In this document: positions 18,579 to 26,696 of the stretch, piece by piece
How the letters are laid out: each line of letters starts with the position of its first letter
How positions within the stretch are numbered: the first letter of the stretch is position 1
Assembly (NCBI GenBank): GCA_000990355.1
Contig: LBSX01000002.1
Location: 6,000-69,999 of the forward strand
Source: Candidatus Magasanikbacteria bacterium GW2011_GWC2_37_14
GTDB taxonomy: Bacteria > Patescibacteriota > Patescibacteriia > Magasanikbacterales > UBA922
DNA: 64,000 nt
Direction of reading: 5' to 3'
The notes under the pieces: generated by a model
What the model was told of the DNA's origin: nothing
Seen by the model: only the letters and a program-made list of their open reading frames with translations
Database searches by the model: none
Program-made: the position numbers and the translations under genes

Positions 18579-19163
18579 ATGTCAAAAGAAATCGTTTTGG
18601 ATATTGAAACCATTGGCGATATTCGTGATTTTAATAGTTTAAAAGTTACTGTTGTTTCTATTTATGAATATGAAACCGATAAATATACTAGTTTTGTAGA
18701 ATCTGAATTAGGAAATTTGTGGCCAATTTTGGAAAAAAGCGAACGGATAATTGGTTACAATAGTGAACATTTTGATTTGCCAATATTAAATAAATATTAT
18801 GCTGGGGATCTTTTAAAATTTCCCCAATTAGATATATTAAAAGTAATCAAAGAAACTAGTGGTTCACGTTTTAAATTAAATGATATTGCTAAAGCTACCT
18901 TGCAAATCGAAAAAAGTGCCGATGGTTTACAAGCCATGAAATGGTGGGAAGAGGGGAAAGTGGATGAAATCAAAAAATATTGTGAGCAAGATGTAAAAGT
19001 TACCAAAGAGATTTATGAATATGGTCGCAAAAATAAAATGTTGTATTTCTTTACTCTCACCGGCGACCTTACACCAATTGCGGTGAATTTTGAGCCAATA
19101 CCACAATCCACAACAAAAAATGGTAGTACCGTCTCCAATATCAATTTAACCCTGCCCTTGTAG
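18579..19163 (+). CDS. DEDD-family 3'-5' exonuclease (RNase H-like fold, YprB-like)
   Basis: Exo I LDIETIG, Exo II YNSEHFDLPIL, Exo III YCEQDV. Confidence 0.55.
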   Translation: MSKEIVLDIETIGDIRDFNSLKVTVVSIYEYETDKYTSFVESELGNLWPILEKSERIIGYNSEHFDLPILNKYYAGDLLKFPQLDILKVIKETSGSRFKLNDIAKATLQIEKSADGLQAMKWWEEGKVDEIKKYCEQDVKVTKEIYEYGRKNKMLYFFTLTGDLTPIAVNFEPIPQSTTKNGSTVSNINLTLPL

Positions 19164-19193
19164 TTGACATCTCATACTTAGATAGTATATAAT
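19164..19193 (+). promoter_or_regulatory. sigma70-like promoter for the Rrf2-nifS-nifU-fdx operon
   Basis: TTGACA (19164-19169), about 18-nt spacer, TATAAT (19188-19193). The spacer contains an ATACT-n5-AGTAT inverted repeat that could be an operator. Confidence 0.45.
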
Positions 19194-19219
19194 GAATTTA
19201 CTTTTATATACTTATTTAT

Positions 19220-19630
19220 ATGTTACAATTCAACAAAGAAGTAGACTATGCTTTGCAACTGCTTTTGGCATTAAAAAGTTTACCCGAAGGCCAGCTTTTG
19301 AGTTTAAGAAATTTTTCTAAAGGTAGTAAAATTTCTTTTTTATTTTTACAGCGTATCGCCTTTAAATTAAAAAATTCAGGAATTGTTAAGTCCGTAAAGG
19401 GGGCGCAAGGGGGTTATTATTTAGCCCAAAAACCACAAAAAATTACTTTTAAGAATGTGGTTGATTCTTTGGAAGGGGAATGTGTGGTAGCCAATTGTTT
19501 GCGAGCAGGTTTTTGTTGTGAAAAACAAAAGACTTGCAAGGTGCACGATGTTTTTTTCAATATCAACACCAAAATTTTGGAATATTTAAGTGCTATAAAT
19601 CTAGGTACAATTGCTAATTATGACAAATAA
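19220..19630 (+). CDS. Rrf2-family transcriptional regulator (IscR-like, Cys-containing)
   Basis: N-terminal Rrf2 helix-turn-helix region and a Cys cluster CLRAGFCCEKQKTCKVH for an Fe-S ligand set. Confidence 0.8.
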   Translation: MLQFNKEVDYALQLLLALKSLPEGQLLSLRNFSKGSKISFLFLQRIAFKLKNSGIVKSVKGAQGGYYLAQKPQKITFKNVVDSLEGECVVANCLRAGFCCEKQKTCKVHDVFFNINTKILEYLSAINLGTIANYDK

Positions 19631-20927
19631 TTTACCTAAAAAACCAAAAACAAAAAAATTAGTATATTTGGATCATGCCGCTACTACATATGTAAGTCAA
19701 GAGGTAGAAAAAGCCACAAAGCCTTTTATAACCAAGATTTTTGGGAACCCCAGTAGTTTGTATGAACTAGGTAGAATTGCTAATGGTGAATTAAATGATT
19801 GCCGACGTAAAGTGGCGGAGATTTTACACGCCCTGCCTGACAATATTATTTTTACGGGTGGTGGTAGTGAATCAGATAACTTGGCTATTTTTGGTGTTTG
19901 TAGAAAAATTGGTAAAGGTCATATTATTGCTACCAGGATAGAACATCACGCAGTGCTTTATCCTTGCCAACAATTAGAAAAAGAAGGTTTTACTGTTACT
20001 TACCTAGAACCAGATTCACAAGGTTTTATTTCACCCAAAAAAGTTTTAGCGGCAATTAAACCAGACACAATTTTGATTTCTATAATGTATGCTAATAATG
20101 AAATTGGTACTGTAGAACCAATTGCTGATATTGGTCGCGAGATTTTAAAATATCGTAAAGCCAACAATCCTTCGGCAGGCTCAGGACAAGTTCAGTATCC
20201 TATTTTTCATACCGATGCTTGCCAAGCCGGTGGAGTGCTGGAATTAGATGTAGAAAAATTACATGTGGACCTAATGACACTTAATGGTAGTAAAATTTAT
20301 GGACCAAAAGGTGTGGGTTTGCTTTACAAACGTCGTGGAGTAAATATTCAACCACTTATTTTTGGTGGTGGTCAAGAAATGAATTTGCGTAGTGGTACTG
20401 AAAATTTAGCTGGCATTGTAGGTTTTACCAAAGCTTTGGAAATTGCTCAAGAAAATCGTCACGAAGAAAATATGCGTTTAGTAGATTTGCGCAATTATTT
20501 TTTTGATCAAATACAAAAGAATATTAAAAATATTAGACTCAATGGTCCCCAACTTCACTCTGATAAAAATCAGAGTTACACTGGGCAAGCTGGTTCTGAA
20601 GTTCTAAACAGATTACCTAACAATCTAAATATTACATTTATTGATGTAGAAGGTGAGGCAATGCTTCTTTATTTAGATGCTTACGGAATTTGTTGTTCTA
20701 CTGGTTCGGCTTGTACTTCAATGTCATTAGAACCTTCACATGTTCTTACCGCTTTAGGTTTGCCCTATGAATACGCTCATGGTAGTTTAAGATTTACTTT
20801 GGGTTATTGTAATACAAAACAAGATATTGATTATGTAATGAGATACTTACCAGCAATTGTAGAAAAATTACGGGAAATGAGTCCGGTGCAGATGGGGAAA
20901 GTTCAACATGCCAAATATAAAAAATGA
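19620..20927 (+). CDS. nifS: cysteine desulfurase (NifS/IscS type)
   Basis: PLP-lysine region GSKIYGPKG and active-site Cys loop CCSTGSAC. The ORF could start 9 nt earlier, at 19611. Confidence 0.9.
   Translation: MTNNLPKKPKTKKLVYLDHAATTYVSQEVEKATKPFITKIFGNPSSLYELGRIANGELNDCRRKVAEILHALPDNIIFTGGGSESDNLAIFGVCRKIGKGHIIATRIEHHAVLYPCQQLEKEGFTVTYLEPDSQGFISPKKVLAAIKPDTILISIMYANNEIGTVEPIADIGREILKYRKANNPSAGSGQVQYPIFHTDACQAGGVLELDVEKLHVDLMTLNGSKIYGPKGVGLLYKRRGVNIQPLIFGGGQEMNLRSGTENLAGIVGFTKALEIAQENRHEENMRLVDLRNYFFDQIQKNIKNIRLNGPQLHSDKNQSYTGQAGSEVLNRLPNNLNITFIDVEGEAMLLYLDAYGICCSTGSACTSMSLEPSHVLTALGLPYEYAHGSLRFTLGYCNTKQDIDYVMRYLPAIVEKLREMSPVQMGKVQHAKYKK
20168..20191 (+). repeat. 24-bp GC-rich in-frame repeat (family C), copy in nifS
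   Basis: tccttcggcaggctcaggacaagt, same reading frame as the typA copy. It encodes PSAGSGQV. Confidence 0.6.
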
Positions 20928-21024
20928 CAAATTACTAATATCTAATACCTAATGAAATGACAAATTTTAAAATTTAACATTAAGAATTTCATTAGAAATT
21001 AGTAATTAGACATTAGAAATTATT

Positions 21025-21705
21025 ATGCTTAATAAATCAATCAAAAAAGAAAATTTGGAAAACCCAGTTGACATAAGAAACACTGACGGTTCTGGTTGGT
21101 TGTATTCTGATATTGTAAAAGACCATTTTTTCAACCCGCGCAATTTTATGCAATATGGTGAGGAAGAAAAGTTTAAGTTTAATGGTCTGGGCCGAGTTGG
21201 TTCACCAGCTTGTGGTGATGAAATGGTGTTGTGGATTTTGGTAGATGAAAAAAGTGAAAAAATTATTGATTGCCGTTGGCGTACTTTTGGTTGTGGTTCA
21301 GCGATTGCTTCTACTAGTGTTTTAAGCGAAATGATTATTGAAAATGACGGAATGAAACTAGAGGAGGCTTTGAAAATCAAGCCTCAAGACATTTTAGAGC
21401 GTTTAGGTGGTTTGCCAGCGAGAAAGGTACATTGTTCGGTTTTGGGGGATAAGGCCCTTCAAGAGGCAATTAATGACTATTTTAGGCAAACTGGACAACA
21501 CAATCGCATAATTACAGCGGGTAAAAAGGTTATTGACAAAGTTTTAAATATTACGGATAATGACATTGAAGAAGCAGTTTTGGAAGGGGCACGGACTTTG
21601 GAAGATTTACAAAAAAAATTAAAAGTTGGTGTTGGTGATCCAGAAGCCATTCCTCAAATTGAAGAATTATTAAAATTTTATTTTGAAAAATATTATGAAG
21701 TGTAA
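21025..21705 (+). CDS. nifU: Fe-S cluster scaffold, NifU/IscU N-terminal domain with a C-terminal extension
   Basis: Three conserved Cys in the GSPACGDEM, FGCGSAIASTS and HCSVLGDKALQ contexts. Confidence 0.85.
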   Translation: MLNKSIKKENLENPVDIRNTDGSGWLYSDIVKDHFFNPRNFMQYGEEEKFKFNGLGRVGSPACGDEMVLWILVDEKSEKIIDCRWRTFGCGSAIASTSVLSEMIIENDGMKLEEALKIKPQDILERLGGLPARKVHCSVLGDKALQEAINDYFRQTGQHNRIITAGKKVIDKVLNITDNDIEEAVLEGARTLEDLQKKLKVGVGDPEAIPQIEELLKFYFEKYYEV

Positions 21706-21880
21706 AGTAGACAAAGACCTGTGTATTGGCTGTGCCACTTGTACAATTTTGGCTGCCAATAGTTTTAAAATGAATGACGACAACAAAGCTGTGGAAATTA
21801 ATCCTCCAGGTGATGACGCCGAAGCTTTAAAAGATGCCAAAGATAATTGTCCGGTTGCTGCCATTACTATAGAAGAATAA
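21695..21880 (+). CDS. small ferredoxin ([4Fe-4S]/[3Fe-4S] type)
   Basis: CIGCATC...CP motif, about 60 aa. Overlaps the nifU stop. Confidence 0.7.
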   Translation: MKCKVDKDLCIGCATCTILAANSFKMNDDNKAVEINPPGDDAEALKDAKDNCPVAAITIEE

Positions 21881-21888
21881 ACAACAAA

Positions 21889-21916
21889 AACAGCTTGCAA
21901 AAAAGCTGTTTTTTTG
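21889..21916 (+). terminator. rho-independent terminator after the ferredoxin gene
   Basis: aacagctt-gcaaaa-aagctgtt followed by T7. Confidence 0.75.
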
Positions 21917-21929
21917 TTAAGCTTATTAT

Positions 21930-22649
21930 ATGGAAAATATTGGAAAACTTTATATTGTTGCCACCCCAATTGGCAATTTAGGCGACATTACTTTACGCGC
22001 TTTGGAAACATTAAAAAGTGTTGATTTTGTTTTGTGTGAAGATACCAGAGTTACCCAAAATTTACTAAATCATTTTGCTATTAAAACAAAAAGTATTTCC
22101 TACCACCAACATAGCGGTGTAGAAAAAATAAGTGAAATTATTAAATTATTAGAGACCGGTAAAAATTTAGCTCTTGTAACCGATGCTGGCACTCCCGGTA
22201 TCTCTGATCCTGGGAATTATTTGATAGCTGAAATTGTCAAAAAATGTCATGCTGAATTTATTTCAGCATCTCAGGGGATCCTGAAACCAGTTCAGGATGA
22301 CAGTATTGTACCAATCCCAGGTGCTTCGGCAGTCATTACTGCTTTATCAATTTCTGGTTTTTCAACAGATAAATTTTTATTTCTGGGTTTTCCGCCACAT
22401 AAAAAGGGTCGCAAGACGTTTTTTGAAGAATTAGCAAAAGTAGAACACACAGTTTGTTTTTATGAATCAAATCATCGAATTAAAAAATGTTTAGGAGAAT
22501 TAGCCGACGTTTTGGAAGAAGATAGACAAATGTGCGTGTGCCGTGAATTAACAAAAAAATTTGAAACTATTTATCGTGGAACAATAAAAGAAATATTAAC
22601 AAAAAATATTTCCGAAAAAGGCGAATTTGTAATAGTAATTAGTAATTAA
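21930..22649 (+). CDS. rsmI: 16S rRNA (cytidine1402-2'-O)-methyltransferase RsmI
   Basis: YIVATPIGNLGDIT...CEDTR tetrapyrrole-methylase-fold signature of RsmI. Carries an in-frame 19-aa insert; see the mobile element at 22245-22302. Confidence 0.9.
   Translation: MENIGKLYIVATPIGNLGDITLRALETLKSVDFVLCEDTRVTQNLLNHFAIKTKSISYHQHSGVEKISEIIKLLETGKNLALVTDAGTPGISDPGNYLIAEIVKKCHAEFISASQGILKPVQDDSIVPIPGASAVITALSISGFSTDKFLFLGFPPHKKGRKTFFEELAKVEHTVCFYESNHRIKKCLGELADVLEEDRQMCVCRELTKKFETIYRGTIKEILTKNISEKGEFVIVISN
22245..22302 (+). mobile_element. MITE-like palindromic element (family A, GTCAT...ATGAC termini), in-frame inside rsmI
   Basis: tGTCATgctgaa-tttat-ttcagcatc...gatcctgaa-accag-ttcaggATGACa: two 8-bp-stem hairpins with inverted termini. 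Same termini as the 34082 and 63252 copies. Confidence 0.6.
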
Positions 22650-22650
22650 T

Positions 22651-24135
22651 ATGAAAAATTTTTATTTAACAACTACACTTCCATATGTAAATGCCGAACC
22701 TCACATTGGTTTTGCTTTGGAAATTATTCAAGCTGATGTAATTGCTCGTTATCATAAGTTGCTAGGTGAAGAAGTAATTTTTAATACTGGTACTGATGAG
22801 CATGGTTTAAAAATATATCGTAAAGCAATAGAACTGGGTGTTGAACTACAAAAATATTGCGACGAATATGCTGCCAAGTTCGATGCTTTAAAGCAAGCCT
22901 TAAATTTAAGTTATACTCATTTTATTCGTACTACCGACCCACATCATCTCAAAGCTGCTCAGGAATTTTGGTTACGTTGTGAAAAAAATGGTGATATTTA
23001 TAAAAAGAATTATAAAGTAAAATATTGTGTAGGTTGTGAATTAGAAAAAACTGATTCCGAATTGGTAGACGATAAATGTCCAGTGCATCCAAATTTAAAT
23101 ATTGAATTAATTGAAGAAGAAAATTATTTTTTTAAATTTTCTAAATTTCAAAAGCCATTACTGGAACTTTATAAAAAGAATCCAAAATTTGTTATTCCAG
23201 CCAATCGTCAATTAGAAATAAAAAACTTTGTGGAAAAAGGTTTGGAAGATTTTAGTATTTCTAGATTAAAAGAAAAAATGCCTTGGGGTATTCCAGTGCC
23301 AAATGATGCTGATCATGTAATGTACGTTTGGTTTGATGCTCTTATAAACTATATATCTACATTAGGTTGGCCAGAAGATGAAAATAATTTTAATAATTTT
23401 TGGCCAGGAATTCAAGTAGCCGGAAAAGATAATTTACGCCAACAATCGGCAATGTGGCAAGCAATGCTGTTGTCTGCAGGGTTGCCAACGTCAAAACAGA
23501 TATTTATTCATGGTTTTATTACCTCCGAAGGACAAAAAATGAGTAAGAGTTTCGGTAATGTTGTTGAACCTTATAAAATTGTAGATAAATATGGCACTGA
23601 TGCCACGCGTTATTTCTTGCTTGGTGGTTTGCCTTCATATGAAGATGGTGATTTTTCTATTGAACGTTTTGAAGAATTTTATACTGCTCATCTTGTAAAT
23701 GGAGTAGGGAATTTATCAAGTCGAATTTTGACGATGATTGAAAAATATTCAGAATCAAAAATACCAGCTCAAATAGCAGATAACAAATATCAGTTAACAG
23801 AATTTTGGGCAAGTTATGATAAATTTATTAATGAATATAGATTTGAATCAATTGTTGAATTGGTGAATAGTCTTGTTGGCCAACTTGATGGAATGATTTC
23901 AACAGAAAAACCATGGGAAAAAGCGAAAAAAGGTGAAGATATTTCTGGTTTACTTTATCAACTAGCTGAAGGTTTGCGTCATATTGCTGTAGCACTTTTA
24001 CCAATTATTCCCGAAACTGCAGAAAAGATTTTAAAACAATTAGGCACAGAAGATACTTCGCGCGACTGGGGAAAATTAGAAGAAGGTGGTATAATAAAAA
24101 AAGGCGTGATACTTTTCCCAAGACTGGAAAAATAA
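22651..24135 (+). CDS. metG: methionyl-tRNA synthetase
   Basis: HIGH-like PHIGFA, KMSKS (KMSKSFGN) and CxxC zinc knuckles. Short form without the C-terminal dimerisation domain. Confidence 0.9.
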   Translation: MKNFYLTTTLPYVNAEPHIGFALEIIQADVIARYHKLLGEEVIFNTGTDEHGLKIYRKAIELGVELQKYCDEYAAKFDALKQALNLSYTHFIRTTDPHHLKAAQEFWLRCEKNGDIYKKNYKVKYCVGCELEKTDSELVDDKCPVHPNLNIELIEEENYFFKFSKFQKPLLELYKKNPKFVIPANRQLEIKNFVEKGLEDFSISRLKEKMPWGIPVPNDADHVMYVWFDALINYISTLGWPEDENNFNNFWPGIQVAGKDNLRQQSAMWQAMLLSAGLPTSKQIFIHGFITSEGQKMSKSFGNVVEPYKIVDKYGTDATRYFLLGGLPSYEDGDFSIERFEEFYTAHLVNGVGNLSSRILTMIEKYSESKIPAQIADNKYQLTEFWASYDKFINEYRFESIVELVNSLVGQLDGMISTEKPWEKAKKGEDISGLLYQLAEGLRHIAVALLPIIPETAEKILKQLGTEDTSRDWGKLEEGGIIKKGVILFPRLEK

Positions 24136-24265
24136 TTTTCATTTTACAATTTACAATTTTCAATAAATTATCAATTTTCAATTACCAATTTGGAAATTGT
24201 TTCATTGAAAATTTATTGTAAATTGATTATTGATAATTGTAAATTTTATTTTTTAATTTTTTATG
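24136..24265. repeat. AT-rich TTTNCAA heptamer array containing a 22-bp block identical to one upstream of atpF
   Basis: ttttacaa/tttacaa/ttttcaa... repeats. ttgaaaatttattgtaaattga at 24205-24226 is identical to 31141-31162. Confidence 0.45.
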
Positions 24266-24267
24266 TT

Positions 24268-24810
24268 ATGAGTTTATTCGACATAATATTATTAATCATC
24301 ATTGGTGGTTTTACCATGTTTGGTTTTTGGTTTGGTTTGATTCACACTCTTGGTTCACTCTTGGGTACAGTGTTTGGGGCTTATTTGGCTGCCAGATTTT
24401 ATGAACCAATGGCTGGGTGGCTGATGAATATTACCGGTTGGGGTGGTAATATTTCCAAAGTTTTAATGTTTATTATCGCCTTTATAATTATCAACCGTTT
24501 GGTTGGTTTTGCTTTTTGGATTGTGGAAAAAATTACCAATGTTATTACTTATCTACCATTTATTCAAGGAATTAATAGACTTCTTGGCATGATTTTGGGT
24601 TTGGCCGAAGGTTTAATTACTTTGGGTTTAATTTTTTATTTTATTGAACGTTTTCCTCTTTCCGATACTTTTATGCAATGGATGGCTAATTCGGTAGTAG
24701 TACCATACACACTCTCTATTGCCGCTGTTTTAATTCCACTACTCCCTGAAGCCTTAAAAATGCTAAAATCTACAGTGGATTATGTAGAGCATACGCTGAT
24801 TAAATTGTAA
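24268..24810 (+). CDS. cvpA: CvpA-family membrane protein
   Basis: MSLFDIILLIIIGGFTMFGFWFG is a CvpA-like N-terminus, with four TM helices. Confidence 0.55.
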   Translation: MSLFDIILLIIIGGFTMFGFWFGLIHTLGSLLGTVFGAYLAARFYEPMAGWLMNITGWGGNISKVLMFIIAFIIINRLVGFAFWIVEKITNVITYLPFIQGINRLLGMILGLAEGLITLGLIFYFIERFPLSDTFMQWMANSVVVPYTLSIAAVLIPLLPEALKMLKSTVDYVEHTLIKL

Positions 24811-24814
24811 AACA

Positions 24815-24840
24815 AAGCTCCGTTCGCGGAGCTTTTAAAA
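24815..24840 (+). terminator. putative terminator
   Basis: aaagctccg-ttcg-cggagcttt followed by a T/A-run. The T-tract is weak. Confidence 0.5.
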
Positions 24841-24842
24841 TT

Positions 24843-26696
24843 ATGAGGAAATATTTACTAATGTTTATTTTATTATTTATTACTGGTTGTACCGGTGTTT
24901 CTTTAGTTAACGAACAAAACACAACAACAAATAATAAAATAAATTATCAATACAGCAAACCTTGGGATAAAGAATTGTTTGATAATTTTTATAAAAATAA
25001 ATTATCACCAACCTCAACTTTACCAAGTATTAAAGGTGGAATTATTCCTCATCATTTATTGGCAGGTAACTATATTGCCAGTTTTTTGGCTACCTTGGAA
25101 AAACAAAAACCCAGTGTCGTAGTTCTAATTGGTCCTAATCATTTTAGCGAAGGTCGGGGACAAGTAATTTCTTCAGTTTGGGATTGGCAAACTCCTTATG
25201 GTGTTTTGAAAACAAATGAAGAATTATTGAATAAATTGCACGACGAAAAATTTATAACTTTTGAAAATAATGTTTTTAAAACCGAACATAGTATTAATGG
25301 ACCAATAGCATTAATTAAAAAAATTCTACCCAAGACAACTATTATACCGCTTATTTTAAAAAATAATTTAAGCAACAAAGAATTGGATAATTTATCAATC
25401 AAATTAAAAGAAATTTTACCGGCTGACGCAGTAATTATTTCTTCCATAGATTTTTCACATTATCAAACATTAAACGCGGCTAATCTCCATGATGAATTTA
25501 GCGAAAGTGTAATCGCTAGTTTTGATTATACACGATTAAAAACTTTGGAAATTGATTCTGTACCTTCGTTATATGTGCTTTTAAAATTAATGGATAGTTA
25601 TGGTACTAAGAAAATTGTTCAGGCTTGGCACAGTAATAGTGCCGAAATTACTGGTCAACCAGATTTAGCACAATCTACTAGTTATTATTTACCACTATTT
25701 GGTAAAGGAGAAGCGAATACAGAAAAAGTTGCTAGTTTGTTATTTTTTGGCGACATGATGTTGGATAGGAACGTGGCCAAAAGAATAAGTGAAAATGGAG
25801 CAGATTATATTTTTACAAAATTAGCTGGTGAAGAAAATCGCTTTTTAAAAGGCGTGGATATTATTCATGCAAATTTGGAGGGGCCATTTGCCAATTATCG
25901 TCGACCCACGACCAAAGAAATTGCTTTTCAATTTAATCCGGAATTAATAAGTACTTTGAAAAAATATAATTTTAATTTGTTTTCAGTTGCCAATAATCAT
26001 ACTTTGGATATGGGTAGTGCCGGTTTGGCAGAATCAAAAGAAAATTTAACTAATGCTGGTTTGGAATTTTATGGTGATGGCTATGATATTGGACAGGATG
26101 CAACTCTTTTTAAAGAAATTGGAGGAGTTAAAATTGGTTTTGTGGGTTTCAATGACACCTATTTCCCACTGAGCGAAGAAAAAATTATTAATAAAATTAA
26201 ATTAGCCAAAGCCCAAAGTGACCTGGTAGTGGTAAATATTCACTGGGGATCAGAATATAAAGTTTTAAAATCCAATCAACGCCAACAATCTTTGGCGCAT
26301 TTAATGATTGATAACGGGGCTGATATAATTATTGGTCATCACCCACATGTAGTACAAGAGATGGAGATTTATAAAGATAAACCCATATTTTATTCTTTGG
26401 GAAATTTTGTTTTTGATCAGTATTTTTCCCAAGAAACCCAAGAAGAAATGGGTGTCGGTTTAGTCTGTCATTGCGAGGACGAAGGACAAAGCAATCCCAA
26501 TGATGTAAAAATAAGTCAGTGTCAGAAAAAATCTTTATCAATTTATGTCTTTCCTTTACAAAGTGTTAACAGCCAAATCAGTCAAATGCCACCTGAAAAT
26601 GGCAAAATTTGGTTTAAAAATTTTGTTGACAGTAGTCGTTTGAACGGCTATAATTTTGATACTAATAAACATTTAAATTTAATTTATGAAAAATAA
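24843..26696 (+). CDS. lipoprotein: N-terminal Memo/extradiol-dioxygenase-B-like domain fused to a C-terminal CapA (PGA_cap) metallophosphatase-like domain
   Basis: Lipobox LFITGC. CapA-like block FFGDMM...ANNHTLDMG...NIHWGSEY...IIGHHPHVVQ. The N-terminal GIIPHHLLAGNY region resembles Memo/LigB-type folds, but weakly. Confidence 0.55.
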   Translation: MRKYLLMFILLFITGCTGVSLVNEQNTTTNNKINYQYSKPWDKELFDNFYKNKLSPTSTLPSIKGGIIPHHLLAGNYIASFLATLEKQKPSVVVLIGPNHFSEGRGQVISSVWDWQTPYGVLKTNEELLNKLHDEKFITFENNVFKTEHSINGPIALIKKILPKTTIIPLILKNNLSNKELDNLSIKLKEILPADAVIISSIDFSHYQTLNAANLHDEFSESVIASFDYTRLKTLEIDSVPSLYVLLKLMDSYGTKKIVQAWHSNSAEITGQPDLAQSTSYYLPLFGKGEANTEKVASLLFFGDMMLDRNVAKRISENGADYIFTKLAGEENRFLKGVDIIHANLEGPFANYRRPTTKEIAFQFNPELISTLKKYNFNLFSVANNHTLDMGSAGLAESKENLTNAGLEFYGDGYDIGQDATLFKEIGGVKIGFVGFNDTYFPLSEEKIINKIKLAKAQSDLVVVNIHWGSEYKVLKSNQRQQSLAHLMIDNGADIIIGHHPHVVQEMEIYKDKPIFYSLGNFVFDQYFSQETQEEMGVGLVCHCEDEGQSNPNDVKISQCQKKSLSIYVFPLQSVNSQISQMPPENGKIWFKNFVDSSRLNGYNFDTNKHLNLIYEK

